Origin: Macrostomum lignano
Lineage: Eukaryota
Direction: 5' to 3'
Length of the DNA: 64,000 nt
Assembly: GCA_002269645.1 (NCBI GenBank)
Contig: NIVC01001066.1
Coordinates: 248,001-312,000 of the forward strand
Part shown: positions 21,952 to 33,900 of the stretch, one piece after another
How positions within the stretch are numbered: position 1 is the first letter of the stretch
How the letters are laid out: the number at the start of each line of letters is the position of its first letter
The notes under the pieces: model-generated
What the model saw: only the letters and a program-made list of their open reading frames with translations
Database searches by the model: none
What the model was told of the DNA's origin: nothing
Translations under genes and position numbers: made by a program

Positions 21952-24900
21952 TTAGCGCAGCTCGGTTCGATTCTCCCTGTACAGCTCGAGTCCGTGATTA
22001 ACGGCGGCCACGGCTCTCAGCGCTGCCTCGGCGCTGTCGCAGCGGACCCGGGCTCGAGTCTGCCTATTAGCAATGTTGAATTCCATACAGTCGGCGGCGC
22101 CACCGCCACCGCCAGAACCGCCGCCAGCTCCGTCCGCCAGCTCGTGCGGTCGGCAATAAATAATGTCCGAATAGCGGGCCTGCATTAGCACGCTGTCCTG
22201 GCTGGGCCGCTCCTTGTACTTGAGCAGGTAGACTCCCTTGTCCGAGATGATGATCCAAACGGCGGCCGAGTTGCTGGCCCGGATCGGCATGCTGGTGAGG
22301 TAGCGCTCGGCCAGGTTGCAGTTGTTCAGCTTGTACAGCACTGTCTGCCAGTAGGCGTCCTCCGAGTTGTACTGCTTCAACATCCGGTCAAGGCCGGCTG
22401 GGCAGCGCGGCCGACGTCGCGGTTCGACGCCGTGCCGTTCGCCGGCGCCGCCAGTTTTGTCGCGGATGCTGGAGGACATCTCCGAGGCGAAATCGAGCAC
22501 GCCAGCCACGGGCTTGGTGACGGTGCCGATCAGGCCTTTGCCGACGCCGAATACGAAGCCCTGCGGCGCGGTGGATGTGGACAGGGCCAGTTTAAAATTG
22601 GCTGATTGTTGGCATTGAGAATGGAGAAGGTTGTGGTCGAGCGGTCTAGCGGGTCGCTTTATTGATCAAAAGGTCGCGGGTTCGAAACTGGGAATCAAAC
22701 TTTGTTATAATCTTTACAATCGATACAGTAACGACAGTTCGAAATTTGATATCTGGCACTGTAGATTGGAAATTTGTCTAGCAAGGTCACATGTTCGAAT
22801 CCCGATAGCTCAACCCAGATAAAATTGAGATTGAATTTACAGAAACTAACGCAATATGACTTATTTATATTCTTGTAGCCGAGCGGTCTGTTAGTTTAGT
22901 AGCGGTTCTTAAGGTCGCAGGTTCGAACCCCCGAATAGAATTTAGAATATAAAGTAATAAAAAAGCAAGGTCATAGGTTCGAATCCCAGGCACGTTGAAT
23001 TTAAAACAATTGTTTAAATTAAGGAAAGAAAGAGTTGCAGCAATCACAAAAGCATGACAACAGCAATGTACGTGCCGTACAGTTTTCTCAACAGCCACTT
23101 GGACCTCTTCTCTCCCTTTCTGAGTCAAAGCTGGCCTGCTCACCTCTGCAGATAGACTTGGCAGAGCGCAAGACCTAACCTACTCTACCTTGCGCATATA
23201 TTGAAGAAGAGAGAAAGGAAATTTGAGTCGTGGGGGCAGGACAGGGAGAGAGAGGGAGAGAGAGCTCTGTACATTCATGGTGTACTCGCTATCCCTGCCT
23301 TTGCATTTACTCTCATTATCTAGCAAAGCTCAGGCCTTCACCTCATACCCGCCCCGTACATGATCGCCCTCTCCCCAACTCCTTAAAAAACCCCCACCGC
23401 TGAAAACGAACGCGGAAGCGAGAAGCGCTAAACACAGCAGACATTTTACTAAACCAGTTTTCATTTCGCTGATAATAATAGCATGATTATTAAATCAATT
23501 ATAATACTAATAGTTCTGCTGCAAAGCCAGCAAGCAGTGGGCCAGATGAACACCTGCCTGAAACCAAGCGGCTGCTCCAGCGACGAGTGCTGCTTTAATA
23601 TTGTGCCAAAAACTGGCGAAATCTGCCATCCCATAATGCCCTGCTACGAGCCCTTCTCCAAGGACTGCTGCCTCAACACTCGGGTTGCTTTCACAACCAA
23701 AGGCAAGATGTACGGCTACGCCATCATACTAGACGATCCATACTCTTACCGAGACAAGGGCAAACGGTTCCTGCAGATCTGGCTGGGCGTGCCGTACGCT
23801 AAGCCGCCCACCAGAGGCAATAATCTGCGATTTATGGAGCCCATGCAGCCAGATTATGTGGATAAATGGGATGCCACTTACTACAGGTGAGCTTCATTTT
23901 GACAGCTCTGCTACTATTGCTAAGGGTTAACGGGATTGCTGGGATAATAGGGCTCATGGGGAATTGATCAGATCTGTCAGAGCTCACGGGGAGTTGATCA
24001 GATCTGTCAGGGCTCATGGGGAATTAATCAGATCTGTCAGGGCTCACGGGGAATTGCTGGGATAATAGGGCTCATGGGGAATTAATCAGATCTGTCAGGG
24101 CTCATGGGGAATTGCTGGGATAATAGGGCTCATGGGGAATTAATCAGATCTGTCAGGGCTCATGGGGAATTGCTGGGATAATAGGGCTCATGGGGAATTA
24201 ATCAGATCTGTCAGGGCTCATGGGGAATTGCTGGGATGATAGGGCTCATGGGGAATTAATCAGATCTGTCAGGGCTCACGGGGAATTGCTGGGATAATAG
24301 GGCTCATGGGGAATTAATCAGATCTGTCAGGGCTCATGGGGAATTAATCAGATCTGTCAGGGCTCACGGGGAATTGCTGGGATAATAGGGCTCATGGGGA
24401 ATTAATCAGATCTGTCAGGGCTCATGGGGAATTGTTCAGATCTGTCAGGGCTCATGGGGAATTGCTGGGATAATAGGGCTCATGGGGAATTAATCAGATC
24501 TGTCAGGGCTCATGGGGAATTGCTGGGATAATAGGGCTCATGGGGAATTAATCAGATCTGTCAGGGCTCATGGGGAATTGCTGGGATATAGGGCTCATGG
24601 GGAATTAATCAGATCTGTCAGGGCTCATGGGGAATTGTGGGGAGCATGGCCCTAGTAGCTGACAACATGCGACGCAGTGATTGACTCGCTCCTATTTGTT
24701 GTCAAGGCCATCGTGTCCTCAACCGCTGGACCGGCTGCAGGGCCTGACCAACCCCGTAGCTGACGAGGACTGCCTCTATCTAAACATATTCGTGACCAAC
24801 ACAACGCTAGACGAGGCCAAATCGAATGTCTACCCGATTCTGGTGTTCATCCACGGCGGCGAGCACACCTACGGATCAGCGCAGTTCACGCCCGGTCACG

Positions 24901-27900
24901 TGCTTGCTCAGACCAACATCATGGTAGTCACTGTGCAGTACCGGCTGAATGCGTTCGGATACTTGAGACTGGAGGGTAGCGAGGCTACGGGAAATTATGG
25001 CCTTATGGATCAGGTATGACTGGATAATTTTAACGAAGCCTAAATTGTCATTGGCAGTTCCTAAGCCTAGATGTCATTTTCTAAGTCTAGATGCCATTTC
25101 CTAAGCCTATATGCCATTTCCTAAGCCTAGATGCCATTTTCTAAGCCTAGATGCCATTTCCTAAGCCTAGATGTCATTTTCTAAGTCTAGATGCCATTTC
25201 CTAAGCCTAGATGCCATTTTCTAAGCCTAGATGCCATTTTCTAAGCCTAGATGCCATTTCCTAAGCCTAGATGCCATTTTCTAAGCCTAGATGCCATTTC
25301 CTAAGCCTAGATGCCATTTTCTAAGTCTAGATGCCATTTCCTAAGCCTAGATGCCATTTCCTAAGCCTAGATGCCATTTCCTAAGCCTAGATACCTTAAC
25401 TATCGTTTAAATAGATTCTTACAAAACTGTTTATCAATAATAAAAAGGTAGAGAAGTTTCAGACTCTAAGAGAACATACAATCCGGTCCCCACCCACAGG
25501 TGCAAGCGCTCCGCTATCTACAACAGGAGGCTGAAAAATTCCGCGGCGATCGAACCCGGGTCACCCTGATGGGCCACGGCTCCGGCGCCGGGGACGTCGC
25601 GCTGCACAGCATGTCGCCGCTGAGCGGCATGTACGCCGAGCCGCTGTTCCACCGGGCCATCTGGCTGTCCGGCAGCGATCTTATGTGGGGCGGCTTCACT
25701 ATCTATCCGGGGGAGTCGCAGCGGTACGCGCTGGAATTGGCGGTTAAAACTGCGTGCACCAATCAGGAGCCGGGCGAGATGCTCAGCTGTCTGAGGCAGC
25801 GAACCCACGCGGAGCTGGCCGGGGCGGCTAGCGATAGCCAGGTGCACGAGCGGTCTTGGCTAGGCAAGCCGTGGAGTCCGACTGTGGACGGTGAGGCTGT
25901 TGAAGAACTATAATGTATCCCACTTTGCCTGTACGCTTTGTCTATGTCGCTAGTGCTTTGCTAGCGGAGATTCTCACTAAGTAACCTCCGCTGCCATAGA
26001 CAATAAAATTAACGCCGTGAGCCAGAGTGAGGTTGATTGAACACTTTCTTCTACCATAGACAAAACGTGTCCCGCGCGAATACAGGGGGAGCGGAGAATA
26101 CTCATAATCTCGGCGAATGTCTATGGCAAATCTCCTCGGCAATTCGCATATTCGCAGATTCTGCATAAACATTCTCGTTCTCGTTTCAGTAGGTTATTAT
26201 ACATATACTACTTACTCAGTAGCTTAGGGGTGCACAGCGGCCCTGACTTTCTCAATGGCAGGCCAAGGACTACTTAAGTAAAAGGACGAGAAACCTCGTT
26301 TCTTAGAACATTTTAGGAGGCAGGATTTTCCGAAAAATACACTACAAATTGTTATTGCTTTCGATAGGAGGCAGATCCAGTGTTTATCTTTTGATATGCT
26401 GTGACTTTCTTATAGCTCTATTAATATTCATAAAGCTTTTCGTTAAAAAACTAGGATTCAGGTGATAAAATAGATTCATAAAACCAATGAATCGAGCCGT
26501 GCCATGCATTTTTATGATTTTTAGGTACAGGGAATGTACGTAGAATAAAAAATTAACATAGAATCCTAATTTTCTAAACGGAAAGCTCTATGAAAGGTTT
26601 CCAGTCTTTCTATTGTACTTGAGTAGTCCTTGTGCCAGGCATGCTCACTCTCTGTGCATTAGCGATTGGCCCTCACGGATGGTGTGAATCGCACTACAAG
26701 GCCCGAACTCTCTTCTCTCTGAACTCATCGAATATTACTCATCCCCATTGCTCAGGCAAATTCATTCTGGACACGCCGGAGAATCTCCGCAGTCAGGGCC
26801 GATTTGCTCAGACTCGCGTCATCGGCGGCATTACCTGGGATGACGGCGCCCAGTTCACTACCGACCTGCCAGGCGTGGTGGAGAACGCCAGCCTGTCAGC
26901 TGCGCTATTCAAAGAGCGAATCATGAACATCTCCCTGGCCGTGTTTCCCCACGACGAGCACGCCATTGCTAAAGCTATCGAGTTTGAGTACACGGACTGG
27001 GCAGCCACAGACAATGACACTGCTCGGCTGCAGATGCTGCGAGATCTCTACTCGGATAGGTGAGAATCGTTCTCATTCTTTTTTGAAGGCCGATTGAATC
27101 GCTCTCAATTTTATTTAAGGCCTAGTAAATCTCTCTCAATTTTTTTGAAGGCCGATCGAATCACTCTCATTTTTTGAAGGCCCATTGAATCACTCTCATT
27201 TTTTGAAGGCCGATTGAATCACTCTCACATTTTTGAAGGCCGATTGAACTGCTTTTATTTTTTGAAGGCCGATTGAATCGCTCAATTTATTGAAGGCCCA
27301 TTGAATCACTCACTTTTTGTAGGCTGATTGAATGGCTTTCACATTTTTGAAGGCCGATGTATTATTGCTGATTGATAACAATGATTTCTAATGTTTCTAA
27401 TTAACATTTTTAACAAATCTGCAGGTACTACGGCAGCGGCCTGATCCGCAGCCTGCGCTTCCACGCCGACAAGCGGCCGCTGAAGAACTTCACCCAGATG
27501 TACGTGTTCAAGTACCGGAGCCGAAACGATCCAAAAACTCGCTACATGGGCGCCTATCACGGCAGCGACCTGCAGTACATCTTCGGGCTGCCCTACCTGA
27601 ATGCCTCCAACTGGACTAACCTGGGCATTCAGCGACCGAATTTTGGTTACGCCGATCTAGACATGAACATGACCGACTACATGATGTACTTTATCAGCAA
27701 TTTCGTCATTCACGGCAACGCTACGCCACAATTAGTTAGAAATTTCACCTGGGACTCGTTTCGTTGGAATAATCGAACTTATTTCCAGCTCAATATACAG
27801 GACAACTTCGAGAACGATTTCAATCTGTATCAGGACTATCGCACCTATCACTACGCGTTTTGGAATAACTTCTTCCCCGATCTAGTTGTGCGGCCAGCCA

Positions 27901-30900
27901 GGATGACTACAATTATGCCTACGCCTGCTTACCTGGCCCAGTACAAGACCAGCATGTTCGCGCTTGGCGGCATATTAGCAACTATAGTGGTGCTAATAGC
28001 CGGGCTGTCAATCGTGCTTTGCCGGCTAATGCGTACGCGTCAGACTACGTAGCTTTAACCCTACAGTGCTTTTCATTGTCAATTTCGTTTTTCTACGTTT
28101 TATTATTAACACACACTACTACCGATAGCCTACTGTTAGTAGCGCATATTGCGTTTAAGTTTTGACTTTTGATATTCTAAGTTAAAAAAGTGCCGAAGTT
28201 AATATTTAAGAACAGCAAATCAACCTACTTGCATTCCTTTTTATGCTTGTATTAATTAACGTAATTGTTTGTTCGGACTCTTAAAAATAATTTTTATGCT
28301 GAGAAACGCATGCGAATTCCATTCCGATGTAAATATATGATACCAATACCCTGGCGTTTTTGCAATACTATATAATAACATTTTAGTGTAACACAACTAA
28401 GTGCTGCTAAGTGCTTGGTTAAACATGTTAAATCATTCCACGAAAATTTATACAACTTTTAAAGTGAATATTTAAGTTTCGTGTAAAAAATCCCGTGACT
28501 AATTAAATGCTCGTTGCTATGCTACCAAATGCTTTATCAAGCTAAATGGCTATGCTTTGATTGACAAATAAATTTACCTGCTTGCATTGACAGATCCAAG
28601 TATGGCTTACATAAATATAAAAGACATCATTTTGCTAATATTTTTGCTAATATTTATAATTCAGTGGCGAAAGTAGGTTGGTTTATGCATTCAACACTAC
28701 ATATCGGCTATTTTTAAAAACCATAATTTTCATTCGATTTTGTTTTTGATTTTTTTGTTCCAAAAATTTAATATATTAAAATATTTTAATAAAGTTCTTA
28801 AATAATAATTGTTGAAATCGAGTAACCAAAAGTGTAAAAAAATCCACTCACAAAAAAATTGTGCCCCGTGTGAGGATCGAACTCACGACCTTCAGATTAT
28901 GAGACTGACGCGCTACCTACTGCGCTAACGAGGCAGCTGCTGGGAGTGCAGTTGCCTAAGTATTTATAGGGCAACAATCTGCTATTCCGTCTCTGGGTCT
29001 GGGCTGGAACCCCATGAATGGAGAGAGGGAGAGGATAGAGAAAATCAATTCTAAGGACACAAGCCCTCTAAGGTCAGAGCTCTTATGTGTTTGTGCGTGC
29101 GTGCGCAGGATAGAAAAAGGAAGGGGAGACTAAAAAAAGGAAGCAAAGGAAGGGATGCAGCATGTGCAGTGGCAGTGCCACTCTCTATATTATATCTCTA
29201 CCATCCATGATTCTATAATAGTAGATTAGCAAACAGCACAAGTGGCTGTGGGTGGGTTTTAGAATCACGTGATTCTTTAAACATCAAAAATTAGTGTACA
29301 ATATAATACACACACAGATTTGCGAGCAGATTCTAATTGGTTGGTTCCACCCGCGCCGCCGCCGGGCCCCCTTCCCCCTCCCCCTTACCTCGAGGCCGCG
29401 CTCGGAGGCGCCATAGTAAGGCTGAGTTATTATGGAGGTGATGCCACCAATGATGCCGTGCCCAAACCCCTTGACCCCGGCTGACCAGTGGCCCCGAAGG
29501 GTGCCGGATTTTGAAGCGTCTTCTCGCAGTTTGCCCCTCTTGGCCAGGTGCCTCTCGTCCATATTGAGTATGGTGAGGCCGTCAGAGATGCTGCCCGTCA
29601 CCTGAGCGAGTGGGATCGATTTGGTATTGATTTGGCTCCCAACTCTGACAGCTCTGACAACTCTTAGAACCCGAAACTCTGAGACCCGAAATTTAGAGAA
29701 CCCGAAACTAAGAGAACCCGAAACTCAGAGAACCCGAAACTCAGAGAACCCGGAACTCTAAGAACCCGAAACTCTGAGAACCCGAAACTCTAAGACCCGA
29801 AACTAAGAGAACCCGAAACTCAGAGAACTCGAAACTCAGAGAACTCGAAACTCAGAGAACCCGGAACTCAGAGAACCCAGAACTCAGAGAACCCGAAACT
29901 CAGAGAACCCGAAACTTAGAAAAACCGAAACTCAGAGAACCCGAAACTCAGAGAACCCGAAACTCAGAGAACCCGAAACTCAGAGAACCCGGAACTCTAA
30001 GAACCCGAAACTCTGAGAACCCGAAACTCTAAGACCCGAAACTAAGAGGACCCGAAACTCAGAGAACTCGAAACTCAGAGAACTCGAAACTCAGAGAACC
30101 CGAAACTCAGAGAACCCGAAACTCAGAGAACCCAAAACTCAGAGAACCCGGAACTCAGAGAACCCGGAACTCAGAGAACCCGAAACTCAGAGAACCCGAA
30201 ACTCAGAGAACCCGAAACTCAGAGAACCCGGAACTCAGAGAACCCGGAACTCAGAGAACCCGAAACTCAGAGAACCCGGAACTCAGAGAACCCGGAACTC
30301 AGAGAACCCGGAACTCAGAGAACCCGGAACTCTGCTAACCAGACTTTAGGATTGTATTAAAATCAGTACTGATTTAGTCACCTTAGCTGTAGAATTGGAA
30401 ATGCCGTGAAACACGCCCTTAACCAAGCCCTTGACATTTCCATCGCGAATCAGTCCCGTGATGCCCTCGGACAGGTCTGTGAACAGGCCGATGGGATTGC
30501 CGAGAAAGTCCACAGATCCCAGGATCATGACGGCGTGAGACCGCAGCTCGTGCGAATAGTGCAGCAGGGCTTCGCGCAGCAGCATATTAGCCGTCTCGAA
30601 CAGGTGCTCCCGCCTGAATACCGCCAGCTCAACTCGGGCATCCTCGAATCCGATGAGATGCCGCGCGTTCAGAGCCTCCTTGACTTGGCGGAGCTCAGGC
30701 GGCAGCTCGGACGATGGCCGATAGACGGAGAGCGAGATGCGGCCGGCCTCAACCTGTAGCGAGCCGAAATAGTAGCGGCGACTGCGAGCGCAGGCCTCCG
30801 CAACCTCCGCTACGGTTCTGGGGTGCGCGTAGGGGTGAGGGGAGAACGGGAGACGCGTGTTGCGGTTCAAGCATTTGTATAAAATAAGGTTGCACCAATA

Positions 30901-33900
30901 TATTTCATTTCTGAGAAACTACTGTAGTTCTCTGTTGTTTCCGACCGACTCCGACAGTTTGCAACAAACTCCGACAGTTTGCGACAGACTCCGACAGTTT
31001 GCAACAAACTCCGACAGTTTTCAACAAACTCGGACAGTTTGCAACAAACTCGGACAGTTTTCAACAAACTCGGACAGTTTGCAACAAACTCCGACAGTTT
31101 TCAACAAACTCGGACAGTTTGCAACAAACTCGGACAGTCTGCAACAAACTCCGACAGTTTGCGACAGACTTCGACAGTTTTCAACAAACTCCGACAGTTT
31201 GCAACAAACTCGGACAGTTTGCAACAAACTCCGACAGTTTGCGACAGACTCCGACAGTTTGCAACAAACTCCGACAGTTTGCAACAAACTCGGACAGTTT
31301 CCGACAAACTCCGACAGTTTGCAACAAACTCGGACAGTTTCCGACAAACTCGGACAGTTTCCGACAGTTTTCGACAGTTCCGACAGTTTCCGACAAACTC
31401 CCTATAGTTTCCGACAAATGTTCATGGGTTTCCGACTTCCCAAAAGACTCTGTTTAGTTTCACTCACCGCTGCTGCTCCGTGAAGTCCAGCTCTTCCAGT
31501 TCAGAGTCCAGCTGCTGCTCCAGCTGGTGCAGCCCAAAGAACAACGCCACCTTCCAGACTAGGCGCTCCTCTAGACAGAGCGACAATCGGCCAATTCGAG
31601 CGTGACAGTACTGGAACACTTCGGCATTCCAACGCGGGCACAGGTCGCGTATCCAAGACAGGGTTAGCACCGGCTGCGGCAGAGGCGGCGGCTGCTGCTG
31701 CTGCTGCTGCTGCTGCTGCCGTTTTGGCGCCTCGTGAAACAGCAGCAGCGGATAGCCAGTGTCCAACAGTTGATTGTCGGCCTGAAGCCGTTCCAACTCC
31801 AGTTCCATGGCTTCGGAGCCGCGGACCCGTTGAAGCATGAGACGCAGTCGAGCAAGCGTGATGTACAGCAGCTCCTCCTCTGGCTGGGAGCTCACCACGG
31901 ACAGGCCGACGCCTAGCGGCAGCGCCAAGTCCAGTCGAAGGTTGCGGAATCGCCGGGCGCCAGAGCTCAGGCTGGGCCGACGGTGCGACCGCAGCACCAG
32001 CCAGTCGTCGTCTTCGTCGGTGGCGGTCACTTGGTCCGGCTTGTCTCGTCGGCTTCTATCGACTTCGCTCTCCTCGTCGCCAGCGTCGGTTACTAGCAGC
32101 ACCCTGGTTGGGCCGTCGGCCGCGACTTGAACTGTCAACAGGCCGGAGCCGTCCAGGGTGCGCCTGGCGGCGAAGCACGAGACGGTCGGGTGGACAGAGG
32201 CGGCGCCAAACGGCCCGGCTAACAGGGCGGCGCCGGGCTCCGCGCTGGCAGCGAATGCGTACAGGCCGGCGCGGCACACCAGGTAGCCCTCCTGTGCGGG
32301 GAAATAGTGAGGCGATTGTTGAGCGGGCGGATGAGGGCGATTCTTGAGGGGCGGATGAAGGCGATTCTTGAGGGGCGGATGAAGGCGATTCTTAAGGGGC
32401 GGATGAAGGCGATTCTTGAGGGGGCGGATGAAGGCGATTCTTGAGGGGGCGGATGAAGGCGATTATTGAGGGGGCGGATGAAGGCGATTCTTGAGGGGGC
32501 GGATGAAGGCGATTCTTGAGGGGGTGCATGAAGGCGATTCTTGAGGGGGTGCATGAAGGCGATTCTTGAGGGGGCGGATGAAGGCGATTCTTGAGGGGGC
32601 GGATGAAGGCGATTCTTGAGGGGGTGCATGAAGGCGATTCTTGAGGGGGTGCATGAAGGCGATTCTTGAGGGGGCGGATGAAGGCGATTCTTGAGGGGGC
32701 GGATGAAGGCGATTATTGAGGGGCGGATGAAGGCGATTCTTGAGGGGGCGGATGAAGGCGATTCTTGAGGGGGTGCATGAAGGCGATTCTTGAGGGGGTG
32801 CATGAAGGCGATTCTTGAGGGGGCGGATGAAGGCGATTCTTGAGGGGGCGGATGAAGGCGATTCTTGAGGGGGTGCATGAAGGCGATTCTTGAGGGGGTG
32901 CATGAAGGCGATTCTTGAGGGGGCGGATGAAGGCGATTCTTGAGGGGGCGGATGAAGGCGATTATTGAGGGGGCGGATGAAGGCGATTCTTGAGGGGGCG
33001 GATGAAGGCGATTCTTGAGGGGGTGCATGAAGGCGATTCTTGAGGGGGTGCATGAAGGCGATTCTTGAGGGGCGGATGAAGGCGATTCTTGAGGGGGCGG
33101 ATGAAGGCGATTCTTGAGGGGGTGCATGAAGGCGATTCTTGAGGGGGCGGATGAAGGCGATTCTTGAGGGGCGGATGAAGGCGATTCTTGAGGGGGTGCA
33201 TGAAGGCGATTCTTGAGGGGGCGGATGAAGGCGATTCTTGAGGGGGCGGATGAAGGCGATTCTTGAGGGGCGGATGAAGGCGATTCTTGAGGGGGCGGAT
33301 GAAGGCGATTCTTGAGGGGGCGGATGAAGGCGATTCTTGAGGGGCGGATGAAGGCGATTCTTGAGGGGGCAGTGGTTCTTTGTGTGGGCAGATGAGATTC
33401 TCAATAGGCGGTGAGGGAGTGGTTCTCTGTGTGGGCGGATCAGATTCTCAATAAGCGGTGAAGTTCTAGCAAAAATTTTTCCCTAAACAAGTTTCAGCAA
33501 TTCTTCGAAGTAAATTTAAAAAAGAGAAGCAATTTTTTTTAGAAAATTCGAAAATTAAGAGATTTCGTAAAATTAAAGACAAAATGTTCTAAAAAGATCT
33601 ACGACAGAACTATGATAAAACTTGAATGATCAACATTTACTATCAACAATGAATGGAGATTTACTCGCCATTAACAAATACCTTTGGGCCAGAGAAGAGG
33701 GAATAAAGCAGGGCGAAGGGAATATCTATGGACGCCAAAGTGCAGGGCGAAAGGCTTGTGGCAGTCAGAGGGGGCAGTCAGTCCCAATACCGCTTTGCCC
33801 AATACGTACGCAGTCAGTGTGTGGCAATGCTTGTGGGCTTGAGAGGCTCACAGGCAGGCAGGCAGGGCAGGGCAGGCAGGCCAAGAGAGAAATCCAAGTT

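Noticed and set aside
23925-24637. CRISPR-like look: constant GGGCTCATGGGGAATT separated by variable segments
   Set aside because: Only two alternating 12-14 nt spacers recur, there are no unique spacers or cas genes, and the context is a eukaryotic intron.
25940-26180. CCATAGACA direct and inverted copies suggesting MITE ends
   Set aside because: Only 9-10 bp matches and no clear boundaries or TSD.
9600-29280. GA/CT-rich segments upstream of both tRNA genes (9600..10300, 28980..29280) as tRNA-targeted retroelements
   Set aside because: Only short purine-rich similarities, with no alignable homology, LTRs, TSDs or RT remnants; low-complexity promoter DNA explains them equally well.
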